Origin: Nocardioidaceae bacterium
Lineage (GTDB): Bacteria > Actinomycetota > Actinomycetes > Propionibacteriales > Nocardioidaceae
Direction of reading: 5' to 3'
Assembly (NCBI GenBank): GCA_020636935.1
Contig: JACJWW010000010.1
Location: 10,826 to 74,825 of the forward strand
Length of the DNA: 64,000 nt
In this document: positions 41,070-49,929 of the stretch, piece by piece
How positions within the stretch are numbered: position 1 is the first letter of the stretch
How the letters are laid out: each line of letters begins with the position of its first letter
Notes under the pieces: generated by a model
The model's database searches: none
What the model saw: only the letters and a program-made list of their open reading frames with translations
Told to the model about the DNA's origin: nothing
Translations under genes and position numbers: made by a program

Positions 41070-41252
41070 ATGGGGCGCGGCCGTGCAAAGGCGAAGCAGA
41101 CCAAGGTTGCCCGCGATCTGAAGTACCGCAGTCACGATACGGACTTCAATGCGCTGGCTAGAGAGCTCCACGGAGATGATGTCCAAGGTGACGTCGATCC
41201 CGAGGAGTTGGACAAATGGGCGGATTACGCTGATCCGCCCAATCAAGACTGA
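41070..41252 (+). CDS. DUF3073 family protein
   Basis: MGRGRAKAKQTKVARDLKY. Confidence 0.92.
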   Translation: MGRGRAKAKQTKVARDLKYRSHDTDFNALARELHGDDVQGDVDPEELDKWADYADPPNQD

Positions 41253-41549
41253 TCGGCTCCTTCGCAGCCCTTCCCTTGAGGGTGCCACACCCGAGATCCA
41301 CGTCGTGTCAGTAAATTCTTGACCACAAATGCGCGTTAGTCTCGTATTTGCCCGATTTTTCTGATACACATGGTTTCGTAACTTCTGAACGAATAGCAAG
41401 CATTGTCCGAGTGGTCTAGGGCGCAACTGTCAATAATCCACAAGATGGACATTTCAGGTTTGCTGCTCGTTGACGAAGTGGCAAGATGCTTCTCACTGGG
41501 GAAACCAGGGGGAAGTTCCCGAAGTAGCACGAGGATGAAGGTGATTGCA

Positions 41550-41762
41550 GTGGTTTCGCGACCGACTGAATCAGAAGCACTGTTGACTCCGGCAGAAGTT
41601 GCCGCGATGTTCCGAGTAGATCCCAAGACGGTGACTCGCTGGGCCAAGGCCGGCAAGTTGAGCGCGATCCGCACGCTCGGTGGCCACCGCCGCTATCGCG
41701 AGTCTGAAGTCAAGGAGCTCTTGGGAGACATCATTCCCTCCCAACGCATGTCTGACGACTGA
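41550..41762 (+). CDS. bldC: BldC family (MerR-like) transcriptional regulator
   Basis: LLTPAEVAAMFRVDPKTVTRWAKAGKL..IRTLGGHRRYRE.EV. Confidence 0.93.
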   Translation: MVSRPTESEALLTPAEVAAMFRVDPKTVTRWAKAGKLSAIRTLGGHRRYRESEVKELLGDIIPSQRMSDD

Positions 41763-41926
41763 TCGCGACCCAAACTGGGTTTGGCTCCCGACCAGGTGAC
41801 CTCCGGCTAGGGGCAGCCCACAAACACGACTGAGACAACCCGGTCTCGCCGATGGCGCGGCCGGGTTGTGTTGTCCGTGAATACGCTGCCCACGGGGACT
41901 CTTTGGCCCCCTGATAGACAAGACCA

Positions 41927-42400
41927 ATGAGCAGTCTGCGACAGCGCCCCAAGTTTCTGGAAACCAACACCTTCCACACGGCGATGAAGCAATTGTCGAG
42001 GGCCCACGTGGGCCTTTATCGGCGTACTCGAGGCAAGTTGGGGGCCACGATGCCCGTCTCCGCGCGACTGTGGCTCCCCGTTTGCCTGTTGACTCACGCA
42101 GGCCGCAAATCCGGGATTCCTCGAGTGACGCCACTGCTGTTCATGCCCGACGCAGAGCGCGTCGTACTCTTTGCAGCCCAAGGGGGCTTGCCGCAGCATC
42201 CGCAGTGGTATCTCAACCTCAAAGCCGATCCTGACTGCACGATCCAGGTCGGGTCGCAAGTCCGGCGTTTGAAGGCGCGGACGGCATCGGCTGCAGAGCG
42301 GGAGGCCTTGTGGCCACGGATGAAGCAGCACTATCCGGGTTGGGGCGCCTATCAGTCTTGGTGCGAGCGAGAGATCCCGGTGGTGATCTGCGAGCCGTGA
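41927..42400 (+). CDS. Deazaflavin (F420)-dependent nitroreductase family oxidoreductase
   Basis: LLTH.GRKSG.PR.TPL, HPQWYLNLKADP, YQ....REIPV. Confidence 0.88.
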   Translation: MSSLRQRPKFLETNTFHTAMKQLSRAHVGLYRRTRGKLGATMPVSARLWLPVCLLTHAGRKSGIPRVTPLLFMPDAERVVLFAAQGGLPQHPQWYLNLKADPDCTIQVGSQVRRLKARTASAAEREALWPRMKQHYPGWGAYQSWCEREIPVVICEP

Positions 42401-42499
42401 TCGGCGTACGTCGGGCCGCTGCCCGCTGACTGGATGCCACCCAGATGACAAACGCCCCGCCTGAGTGAGACGGGGCGCTGCCCAGGTCAAGCCTGGGAG

Positions 42500-42576
42500 T
42501 GGTGGGCAGGGGCGGGGTCGAACCGCCGACCTTCCACTTTTCAGGCGGACGCTCGTACCAACTGAGCTACCTGCCC
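42500..42576 (-). tRNA. tRNA-Phe(GAA)
   Basis: GGGCAGGTAGCTCAGTTGG...CTGAAAA...GGTTCGACCCCGCCCCTGCCCACCA. Confidence 0.95.
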
Positions 42577-42597
42577 ACTGAGGTGGTGAAACCTCAG

Positions 42598-42671
42598 CGA
42601 CCCCGACGGGACTCGAACCCGCGACCTCCGCCGTGACAGGGCGGCGCGCTAACCAACTGCGCCACGGGGCC
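42598..42671 (-). tRNA. tRNA-Asp(GTC)
   Basis: GGCCCCGTGGCGCAGTTGG...CTGTCAC...GGTTCGAGTCCCGTCGGGGTCG. Confidence 0.95.
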
Positions 42672-42738
42672 TGGCTTTGACTCACGTTTTTGTGAGCCAC
42701 GGAATGGTATCCCACTGCTGGGCTACTGCACCAATCCG

Positions 42739-42811
42739 CACCCCCAACGGGATTCGAACCCGTGCTACCGCCGTGAAAGGGCGGCGTCCTAGGCCACTAG
42801 ACGATGGGGGC
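42739..42811 (-). tRNA. tRNA-Glu(TTC)
   Basis: GCCCCCATCGTCTAGTGG...CTTTCAC...GGTTCGAATCCCGTTGGGGGTG. Confidence 0.95.
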
Positions 42812-42913
42812 CTGTCGCTGTTGCGACTGCACAATCATAGGGGTTGAGCCACCTTCCACAAATCTGGGGGCTAGGCTCTGGCCCACGCCCAGCGACGCGG
42901 AGGACTGCCAAAG

Positions 42914-43600
42914 ATGTCTGGACTGCCCGGCCCAGGCCCGCAAAAGCCCAACACGACGCCGTACGTCGTGCTCGCCGTTGTTGCCTCGCTGCTGCTGGGC
43001 GTTGCGATGTTGGGCGTCATCGGTGTGGTCACCTGGAGGAGTCTTAGCGATGACCCCTCTTTGACTCCAGAGCCTGCCCCGACGCCGACCACGCTCTCTG
43101 CCCCGGCGGAGCCGTCCCCTACGACTGGGGTTGGCGACCCGAGGCTGCGTCGCAACGATCAAGCCAACTACGCGGCATGGGTCAGCCCGACAGGCAACAT
43201 CTCCTGTGTGATTGACCATGCCGAGGCTTGGTGTTGGGCCGAACAGCACACTTGGAGCATCCCGGCCCAGGATTGTGACGCCGACTGGGGAGATTCAGTG
43301 GTCCTGTGGGAGGGCGGAGCGAACTATGGCTGCCGGGGCGACCCGACTTGCATCTCGGCGATCCCAGGACAACCCGACCCCTGCGGTCTCGGCGAGGTCC
43401 GCGATGGCCTGTGGTGGGCCCGACCCTCAGATCCGGTCGCCTTCTCGCAAGGTCAGCTGGGCAACAAGGCGCTGCCCTATGGCAACAGCATCCAGATCCG
43501 TGATCTGAGATGTGACAGCCGCAAGACCGGCATGCACTGCACCCATCTGCTCACTGGCAGAGGCTTCATGATCAGCCGAGACAAGTTGGTCTTGCGCTGA
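42914..43600 (+). CDS. Membrane-anchored Cys-rich extracytoplasmic hypothetical protein
   Basis: N-terminal TM, Pro/Thr linker, SPTGNISC...LPYG.SI....LRC.S..TGM.C...TGRGF domain of the kind seen in actinobacterial secreted proteins. Confidence 0.65.
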   Translation: MSGLPGPGPQKPNTTPYVVLAVVASLLLGVAMLGVIGVVTWRSLSDDPSLTPEPAPTPTTLSAPAEPSPTTGVGDPRLRRNDQANYAAWVSPTGNISCVIDHAEAWCWAEQHTWSIPAQDCDADWGDSVVLWEGGANYGCRGDPTCISAIPGQPDPCGLGEVRDGLWWARPSDPVAFSQGQLGNKALPYGNSIQIRDLRCDSRKTGMHCTHLLTGRGFMISRDKLVLR

Positions 43601-43615
43601 GTCAGGCGATGAGAT

Positions 43616-44218
43616 CTACCCGATCCATCGGGCGCGGAGTACGACATCTTCGTGGTGATGGGCGCCAGCGCCGCCGCTGACTTCGCGCTCCCGCCGCTCG
43701 TGCACGTCCACCGCCCAGCCCGGCCCCAGGTCGGCTGCGACCTCATCTACGGTGAGATAGTCGTCTGGGTCGAAGCCGTGGGCCTTGGCGTGCTCGGGGT
43801 CAAACTCCGCGTGGTGTACGACGAGCAGGGTGCCGCCTGGCGCTACGGCCTCTAGGAGCCGGGCCAGGCCCTGGCCTTCCTTGCGGATGGGCAGATAGCT
43901 GGCTGCCACAAGATCGAAGGATTCACCCTCAAGTTGGTCGATGCTGGACTCTCGCCAGTTGACGTTGACGCCAGCGCCGTCCGCAGCCTTCCTGGCCCGA
44001 TCAAGAGCGACCTTGGAAATGTCGATCGCGGTGACCTGCCAGCCCTGCTGGGCAAGCCAGATCGCATCGGCGCCCTCACCGCAGCCGACTTCGAGCGCCG
44101 TACCAGGGTGCAGTGAGGTGACTTCGGCTACCAGAGCTTGGTTTGGATTGCCGCTCCAGATCTGCGACTCCTCGTCGTAGCGAGAGTCCCAGTCTTGCGG
44201 TGAATGATCGTTAGGCAC
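43616..44218 (-). CDS. Class I SAM-dependent methyltransferase
   Basis: WDSRY...WSGNPN, ALEVGCGEGADAIWLA..GW.VTAIDIS; start re-called at GTG 44218. Confidence 0.88.
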   Translation of the reverse strand: MPNDHSPQDWDSRYDEESQIWSGNPNQALVAEVTSLHPGTALEVGCGEGADAIWLAQQGWQVTAIDISKVALDRARKAADGAGVNVNWRESSIDQLEGESFDLVAASYLPIRKEGQGLARLLEAVAPGGTLLVVHHAEFDPEHAKAHGFDPDDYLTVDEVAADLGPGWAVDVHERREREVSGGAGAHHHEDVVLRARWIG

Positions 44219-44242
44219 CTGCACAGGGTCGCACACTGCCCC

Positions 44243-44314
44243 AGCCCTGCACCTCAGCCAAGCCCTGCACCTCAGCCAAGCCCTGCACCTCAGCCAAGCC
44301 CTGCACTTCAGCCA
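44243..44314. repeat. 4 x 18-bp tandem repeat overlapping the desaturase stop codon
   Basis: agccctgcacctcagcca x3 then agccctgcacttcagcca. Confidence 0.92.
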
Positions 44315-45474
44315 AGCACAGCAGCAGGAGCGAGTACGACGAGTGGCGCGGTGGGCGTGGAGCCTTCGGGCGTCTTGTTGGCGCCGAAGAAGTCGTTGGG
44401 CAGCGAGAGGCGGATGATCTTGCGCCACGCGGAGTACACCTGCTTGGGCAGCGATCCCGACACATAGGCGAGGTCGTATTTCTCGAACAGTTCGCGCACT
44501 CGGGGGGCGATCTCGCCGTACCTGTTGCTGGGCAGATCGGGGAAGAGATGGTGCTCGATCTGGTGGGAGAGGTTGCCGGTCATGATGTGCATCAGGGGCG
44601 GGCCGTCGATATTGGCCGAGCCCAGCATCTGGCGCACATACCACTCGTCTTTGGTCTCGCCTTCGATCGAGTCGGTCTCGAAGGTCTCCACACCCTCGGG
44701 GAAATGGCCGCACATGATCACTGCATGTGACCACACATTGCGGATCACATTGGCGGTGAAGTTGGCGGTCAGCGTCGACTTTGCTGAAGGCCCAGACATC
44801 AAGGGGTGTACGACGTAGTCCTTGGTCACCTGACGCCCCACCTTGCGCAGGGCTCCCTTCACGCGCCGCTTGAAGGCCCCGTCGATCTTCTTGCCGGTGC
44901 GCATGTATTGACCCATGTCGAGGTCGTAGAGCGTTATGCCATATTCGAAGAAGAGCGCATTGAGGAGGTTTTCAAAGGGCTGCAGCAGGTGTCGGGGTTG
45001 CCAAGGCTGGTCTTCGTCGACGCGCATGATCCCGTAGCCAAGGTCGTTGTCTTTGCCGATGACATTTGTGTAGGTGTGGTGCATGTCGTTGTGGGTGCGC
45101 TTCCACTGCTCGGCAGGGGAGGCGTGATCCCACTCCCAAGTGCTGGAATGGATCTTGGGGTCGCGCATCCAGTCCCATTGACCATGCAAGACGTTGTGGC
45201 CGATCTCCATGTTTTCCAAGATCTTGGCCACTGCGAGCCCAGCTGTGCCGACCACCCACGCAGGTCGCCATTTGCTGAACAACAGCACAGCTCGGCTGCC
45301 CAACTCCAGGCTGCGCTGCACCTGGATCACCCGTCTGATGTACGCCGCATCGCGCGCTCCACGCGACTCCAAGACGTCGCGGCGGATCGCTTCGAGCTCC
45401 CGCCCGATTGCTTGGACGTCTTCGGAGCTGAGGTGTGCGATTTGGTTGTCTGCCTTGCGGCTGATTACGGTCAC
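44308..45474 (-). CDS. Membrane acyl-CoA desaturase (DesA3-like), copy 2
   Basis: His boxes HNVLH, HNDMHH, QIEHH. Confidence 0.9.
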   Translation of the reverse strand: MTVISRKADNQIAHLSSEDVQAIGRELEAIRRDVLESRGARDAAYIRRVIQVQRSLELGSRAVLLFSKWRPAWVVGTAGLAVAKILENMEIGHNVLHGQWDWMRDPKIHSSTWEWDHASPAEQWKRTHNDMHHTYTNVIGKDNDLGYGIMRVDEDQPWQPRHLLQPFENLLNALFFEYGITLYDLDMGQYMRTGKKIDGAFKRRVKGALRKVGRQVTKDYVVHPLMSGPSAKSTLTANFTANVIRNVWSHAVIMCGHFPEGVETFETDSIEGETKDEWYVRQMLGSANIDGPPLMHIMTGNLSHQIEHHLFPDLPSNRYGEIAPRVRELFEKYDLAYVSGSLPKQVYSAWRKIIRLSLPNDFFGANKTPEGSTPTAPLVVLAPAAVLG

Positions 45475-46637
45475 GCGACGGCTTCAGCGGTCTGCGTGCG
45501 CTTGGGCATCGCAACGGGGGCAGGGGTCTTGTTGGTCATGCCCATGAAGTCGTTGGGCAGCGACAGGCGCACGATCTTGTGCCATGCGGAGTACACCTGC
45601 TTGGGCAGTGAACCAGTGACGTAGGGCAGGTCGTATTTGTCGAACAATGCCTTTACCTGCACCGAGATCTCGGCATACCTGTTGCTGGGCAGGTCGGGGT
45701 AGAGGTGGTGCTCGATCTGGAAGGACAGGTTGCCGGTCATCAGGTGCATCAGCTTGGAGCCATCGATGTTGGCCGAGCCGAGCATCTGGCGGATGTACCA
45801 CTCGTCCTTGGTCTCGCCCTCGATCGACTTCTTCTCGAAGGTGGCCACGCCTTCAGGGAAGTGACCGCACATGATCACCGAGTGGGTCCACAGATTGCGG
45901 ACCAGGTTGGCGGTGAAGTTGGCGCTCATCGTGTGCAGAGCAGAGGGGCCGGACAACAACGGGTGGATCAGGTAGTCCTTCTTGGCCTGGCGCCCGATCT
46001 TGCGCAGCACCTGCTTGGCGCGGGCCCGGAACTCCGGATTGCTGCGGTGCTTCTTTTGCAGGTTGCGACCCAACTGCAGGTCATAGGCCGCGATGCCGTA
46101 CTCAAAGAAGCAGGCGTTGATGAAATTCCACATCGGCTGGAAGAGGAAGAAGGGCGACCAGCGCTGGTCTTCGTCGACCCGCATGATGCCGTAGCCGAGA
46201 TCGTTGTCTTTGCCGACGACGTTGGTGTAGGTGTGGTGCACTTCGTTGTGGGCGTGCTTCCACTGCTCGGATGGGGAGGCGTTGTCCCACTCCCAGGTGC
46301 GCGAGTGGATCTTGGGGTCGCGCATCCAGTCCCATTGCCCATGCATGACGTTGTGGCCGATCTCCATGTTTTCCAAGATCTTGGCCAGCGACAGGCCGGC
46401 GGTGCCGACAAACCATGCCGGCGGGAAGAGCGAGAAGAGCAACACCGCACGCGAGCCGAGCTCAAGCTTGCGTTGTACGTCGATCACCTTGCGGATGTAC
46501 GCCGCATCCGACTCGCCGCGGCTGTCGAGGATCTCCTGGCGGATCCGCTCGAGCTCGCTCCCGATTGCTTCGATGTCTTCGGGGGTGAGGTGAGCTACGG
46601 GATTGTCGGACTCGGCTTGCTTCTGGATGACGGTCAT
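45471..46637 (-). CDS. Membrane acyl-CoA desaturase (DesA3-like), copy 1
   Basis: His boxes HNVMH, HNEVHH, QIEHH. Confidence 0.9.
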   Translation of the reverse strand: MTVIQKQAESDNPVAHLTPEDIEAIGSELERIRQEILDSRGESDAAYIRKVIDVQRKLELGSRAVLLFSLFPPAWFVGTAGLSLAKILENMEIGHNVMHGQWDWMRDPKIHSRTWEWDNASPSEQWKHAHNEVHHTYTNVVGKDNDLGYGIMRVDEDQRWSPFFLFQPMWNFINACFFEYGIAAYDLQLGRNLQKKHRSNPEFRARAKQVLRKIGRQAKKDYLIHPLLSGPSALHTMSANFTANLVRNLWTHSVIMCGHFPEGVATFEKKSIEGETKDEWYIRQMLGSANIDGSKLMHLMTGNLSFQIEHHLYPDLPSNRYAEISVQVKALFDKYDLPYVTGSLPKQVYSAWHKIVRLSLPNDFMGMTNKTPAPVAMPKRTQTAEAVA

Positions 46638-46663
46638 GGAGATTCCTTAAGGATGTGGCGTGG

Positions 46664-47743
46664 TTAGTGGTCGAATGTGCAGGCGCCGGCTGCGGCGTTG
46701 ATGCAGGTCTGGACTCTTACGTTGTCGCTCTCGGTGACGCTGGTGATCTCGCCATTGCGTAGGTCGCGCACGACGCCTTCCTTCAAGGGCAAGACACAGG
46801 TGAAACAGATGCCCATCCGGCAGCCGCTGGGCATCAACACGCCCGCTTCTTCGGCGGCTTCCATCAAGGTGGTGGCTCCATCGACATCGATGGTCACTCC
46901 GCTCTTGGCGAAGGTGACCGTGCCACCCTCTCCGGGCTCGACATAGGTGGCTCGGAATTTCTCCACCTGCAAGGGCACCTCTTTGGTGTCGTGGAAGGAC
47001 TCCAAAGCGTCGAGCAGCCCGCCCGGCCCGCAGGCGTAGGTGGTGCGCTCGGCCAGGTCGGGCACGAGTTCGCCAAGGGCGTTGACGTCGAGGATGCCGT
47101 GCTGATCGTCGTACCTCGCGATCAGGCGGATCGCGCCGGCCTCGTCGAGCGAGCGCAGGTTGTCGATGAAGATCGACTCTGGCTGGCTGGGGGCCACGTG
47201 GACGACGACGATGTCGAAGTTGTCGCTGCGCTCGAGGCGGAGTACGCCGTCGTCGGTGACCGGGAAGAGATTGCGCAAGATGCCGATCACCGGGGTGATC
47301 CCTGAGCCGGCGGTGATAAAGGTGAAGCGGCCGCCTTCAGGGGGGAGTACGAAGTCGCCCGCGGCCTGCTCAAGGTGCACGAGGGTGCCTGGCTTGGTAT
47401 GACGCACCAAGTGGTTGCTGACCAACCCGTCGGGGACAGCCTTGACTGTGACCGAGATCCGGCCGTCGCCGCGGGGGCCGTGGGTCAGTGAGTAGGGACG
47501 CCAGGTGCGGACGCCGTCGATGTCGACCCCGATGCGGACATATTGACCGGGCACGTGGCCGGCCCAGTCGGCGCCGGCGCGGATCACGATCGTGGCCGCA
47601 TCGGCGGTCTCCATGTGGATCTCTTCGATGCGCCCGCGCAGGTCAGCACCCTTGCGCAGCGGGTCGAACATGTCGAAATAGTCGGCAGGCACCAATGGGG
47701 TGGCCAGCGCCTCTGCGACACGGGTCAGTCCTTCTCTAAGCAC
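46664..47743 (-). CDS. Ferredoxin reductase (FAD/NAD plus 2Fe-2S), desaturase partner
   Basis: RPYSL, AGSGITP, ACGP, CRMGICFTC...QTC. Confidence 0.9.
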   Translation of the reverse strand: MLREGLTRVAEALATPLVPADYFDMFDPLRKGADLRGRIEEIHMETADAATIVIRAGADWAGHVPGQYVRIGVDIDGVRTWRPYSLTHGPRGDGRISVTVKAVPDGLVSNHLVRHTKPGTLVHLEQAAGDFVLPPEGGRFTFITAGSGITPVIGILRNLFPVTDDGVLRLERSDNFDIVVVHVAPSQPESIFIDNLRSLDEAGAIRLIARYDDQHGILDVNALGELVPDLAERTTYACGPGGLLDALESFHDTKEVPLQVEKFRATYVEPGEGGTVTFAKSGVTIDVDGATTLMEAAEEAGVLMPSGCRMGICFTCVLPLKEGVVRDLRNGEITSVTESDNVRVQTCINAAAGACTFDH

Positions 47744-47808
47744 GCTCTCCAGTGTGCATGTCGAAAGGGGGTAAAATCATGACTCCAGCAGGTGAACTTT
47801 ATATCGAT

Positions 47809-47829
47809 CTTTGTTCGTAGGTGACAAAA
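47809..47829. promoter_or_regulatory. TTTGT-N9-ACAAA palindrome, probable PucR/MabR-type operator
   Basis: ctttgt-tcgtaggtg-acaaaa in the divergent promoter region. Confidence 0.6.
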
Positions 47830-47830
47830 C

Positions 47831-48976
47831 TTGGCAGCACGCAATTCGTTCGGCCTCAACCAGAAGGCAGTCAAACGCCTGCACGCTCAGATGACTTCGG
47901 TGTCTGATGATGTCGTCGAGGCGATCATCGAAGAAGTGCCTTACTACACCGATGCGCTCTCTGGGCCGATGGGCCAGATCATCCGCGATGCCGTGCAGGT
48001 GGCTCTCACCGGCTTCATCACAGTCGCCTCAAGTAGCGGAGACTCGGCTCAACCTCGAGCAGCCGCACTCTCGGGTGCCTACGACCTCGGCCGTGGCGAG
48101 GCACGTAGCGGCCGCAGCGCCGAGGCGCTCCTGTCGGCCTATCGGATCGGGGCCCGGGTCTCCTGGGAGCGGCTGTCCGCCGAGACCGTGCAGGCAGGTG
48201 CTGACGGCGCTGCGGTCGCCAACTTCGCCTCCTTGGTCTTCGACTACATCGACCAACTCTCCGCGGCCAGTGTCTCGGGCCACGCCGACGAAACTGCCCG
48301 CTCTGGCCAAGCCCGCGAGCGACTCCTCGAAGGGCTCGCCACCGACCTCCTCGAAGGCACCCTCACCCCTGCACTTGTTGAGCAGACCCAGGCCGCAGAA
48401 TGGGCGCCACCGGCGACCTTCACCGTCGTACTCGCGCCACGAGAGCAGGCCCGGTCGGTCATCACCGAGCTGCGTGACGACGTACTCCGTGCCCGCGCCG
48501 ACTTCCTGGAAGGGTATGTGGTTTTGCTGGTGCCTGACGCCCACGGCCCGGCGCGGGCCAGGTTGATCCGGCAGTTGCGCAACTGGTCTGCGATCGTTGG
48601 CCCGGCCAGGCCTTGGCAGGAAGCGGCTTCGTCGTACGCGAGGGCCGAGCATGTTCTGGAGTTGGGTCTTGGCCCCGACAGCGAGGCTCACCTGTCGACC
48701 TTGATCTTGAACTCCGACCCGATGGCTCTTCGCGACCTCAGGGATCGCGTGCTTGAGCCACTCTCCGACCTGACCGAGTCGACCCGCGCCAAACTCGTCG
48801 AGACGCTGCGAGCTTGGCTGCTCCATCAAGGCCGCCGCGAAGACATCGCCCGAGTGCTGTTCGTGCATCCTCAGACCGTGCGCTATCGCATTGGTCAACT
48901 CCGTGAGGCCTACGGCGACCGCCTCGATGACCCCGCCTGGATCCTCGACCTCACGATCGCGCTCGGGGAGGGCTAG
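47831..48976 (+). CDS. PucR family transcriptional regulator
   Basis: LGRGEARSGR...LLSAYRIG; C-terminal HTH LFVHPQTVRYR. Confidence 0.9.
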   Translation: MAARNSFGLNQKAVKRLHAQMTSVSDDVVEAIIEEVPYYTDALSGPMGQIIRDAVQVALTGFITVASSSGDSAQPRAAALSGAYDLGRGEARSGRSAEALLSAYRIGARVSWERLSAETVQAGADGAAVANFASLVFDYIDQLSAASVSGHADETARSGQARERLLEGLATDLLEGTLTPALVEQTQAAEWAPPATFTVVLAPREQARSVITELRDDVLRARADFLEGYVVLLVPDAHGPARARLIRQLRNWSAIVGPARPWQEAASSYARAEHVLELGLGPDSEAHLSTLILNSDPMALRDLRDRVLEPLSDLTESTRAKLVETLRAWLLHQGRREDIARVLFVHPQTVRYRIGQLREAYGDRLDDPAWILDLTIALGEG

Positions 48977-48983
48977 CCGCTCT

Positions 48984-49074
48984 CGGTTTCACTGGTCACC
49001 CAGTGAACTTGGCACGTAGCACCTGAAATTTCACGTGCTGCGTACGAACTTCACTGGGCAACCCGTGAAACTGG
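48984..49074. repeat. 91-bp three-hairpin REP/MITE-like element, intergenic copy
   Basis: Three internal inverted repeats; ungapped 64/91 identity to 59171-59261. Confidence 0.85.
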
Positions 49075-49104
49075 ACGGGCCCAAGGCAACTCCCCGGGCG
49101 GGGG

Positions 49105-49428
49105 TCACCCAAGCCACACGCCAAACAGGGAGGCGGGCAGGCAGAGGCCGAGGGTGAGGGCGACATAGGGCCAATTGACTGGGTGGTCGTGCCCCGCGGC
49201 TTGTACGGCGAACGCGCTGTAGGTGGTGAGGCCGCCGCAGAAGCCGACGCCGATCAGTGCGAGCATGCTGGGCTCGAGGTTGAAGGCGATTGCGCCGAGG
49301 ATGAATGAGCCGATCACGTTGACGAGCAGGGTTCCCCAGTGCATTTCGGCTCGGTCAAGCAGGTGCCCGGCGAGATAACGTACGCCGGATCCGATCGCGG
49401 CCCCGAGCATCACGAGTAGTGGCGTCAT
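49105..49428 (-). CDS. crcB: Fluoride channel CrcB/FluC
   Basis: GAAIGSGVRY, GTLLVNVIGSF, GFCGGLTTYS. Confidence 0.9.
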   Translation of the reverse strand: MTPLLVMLGAAIGSGVRYLAGHLLDRAEMHWGTLLVNVIGSFILGAIAFNLEPSMLALIGVGFCGGLTTYSAFAVQAAGHDHPVNWPYVALTLGLCLPASLFGVWLG

Positions 49429-49832
49429 TCGTCGCCGCCTTCCTCAGCGAAGTCGGCGGCTTCAGTTGGGGCCACCGCCCGGCCAGCGAGTCGCACGAGC
49501 GGGAGGGTGATCACTGCCGTGGCGACGAACACCATCAAGTGGAGTGGGCGCGCGCCCGGGGACAGTAGTGCGGCACCCGACATCGTGGTGAAGCCCCCCA
49601 AGATGCCGGTGCCCAAGAAGACCGGCAGCAGTGAGTGACGTCGTACGACGCCCACGTGCGGCAGCAGGGCCAGCGCCAGCGAGCCGACCACGTTGATCGC
49701 CATGGTGGTCCACAGGGCCGAGCCGATGCTGAGAGTCAGGCCCCATCGAGCCAGTGCGCCGATGGCGCCGCCAGCGGCTGCAGCCCAAAGACCCCAGCTG
49801 AGTTTCGGCGCGACAGCAGCGGGAGGAGGCAC
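49425..49832 (-). CDS. crcB: Fluoride channel CrcB/FluC, second subunit
   Basis: GGAIGALARW, INVVGS, GILGGFTT. Confidence 0.85.
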   Translation of the reverse strand: MPPPAAVAPKLSWGLWAAAAGGAIGALARWGLTLSIGSALWTTMAINVVGSLALALLPHVGVVRRHSLLPVFLGTGILGGFTTMSGAALLSPGARPLHLMVFVATAVITLPLVRLAGRAVAPTEAADFAEEGGDE

Positions 49833-49929
49833 GCGTCCATCATGGCGCAGCAGCGATCATCACACTGGGGTGCCTGAGATCACGGCGCCACAATTTCCTT
49901 CAAGCCTGATGCTTTGGGAAAATCGTGAG

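Noticed and set aside
41807-42715. 302-aa minus-strand ORF
   Set aside because: It runs through two tRNA genes and is antisense to the nitroreductase
44243-44314. Short repeat arrays (also 12288-12332, 54640-54687, 58500-58640) as CRISPR
   Set aside because: Units are contiguous or degenerate with no unique spacers, and there are no cas genes in the window
44219-44734. N-terminal extension of the methyltransferase with CRAWLR repeats
   Set aside because: It is an alternative frame of the desaturase 3' end plus the translated VNTR; GTG 44218 fits the family start
49833-49929. Fluoride riboswitch upstream of the crcB pair
   Set aside because: No recognisable consensus; a -10-like CATGAT lies 6 nt from the start, implying no leader
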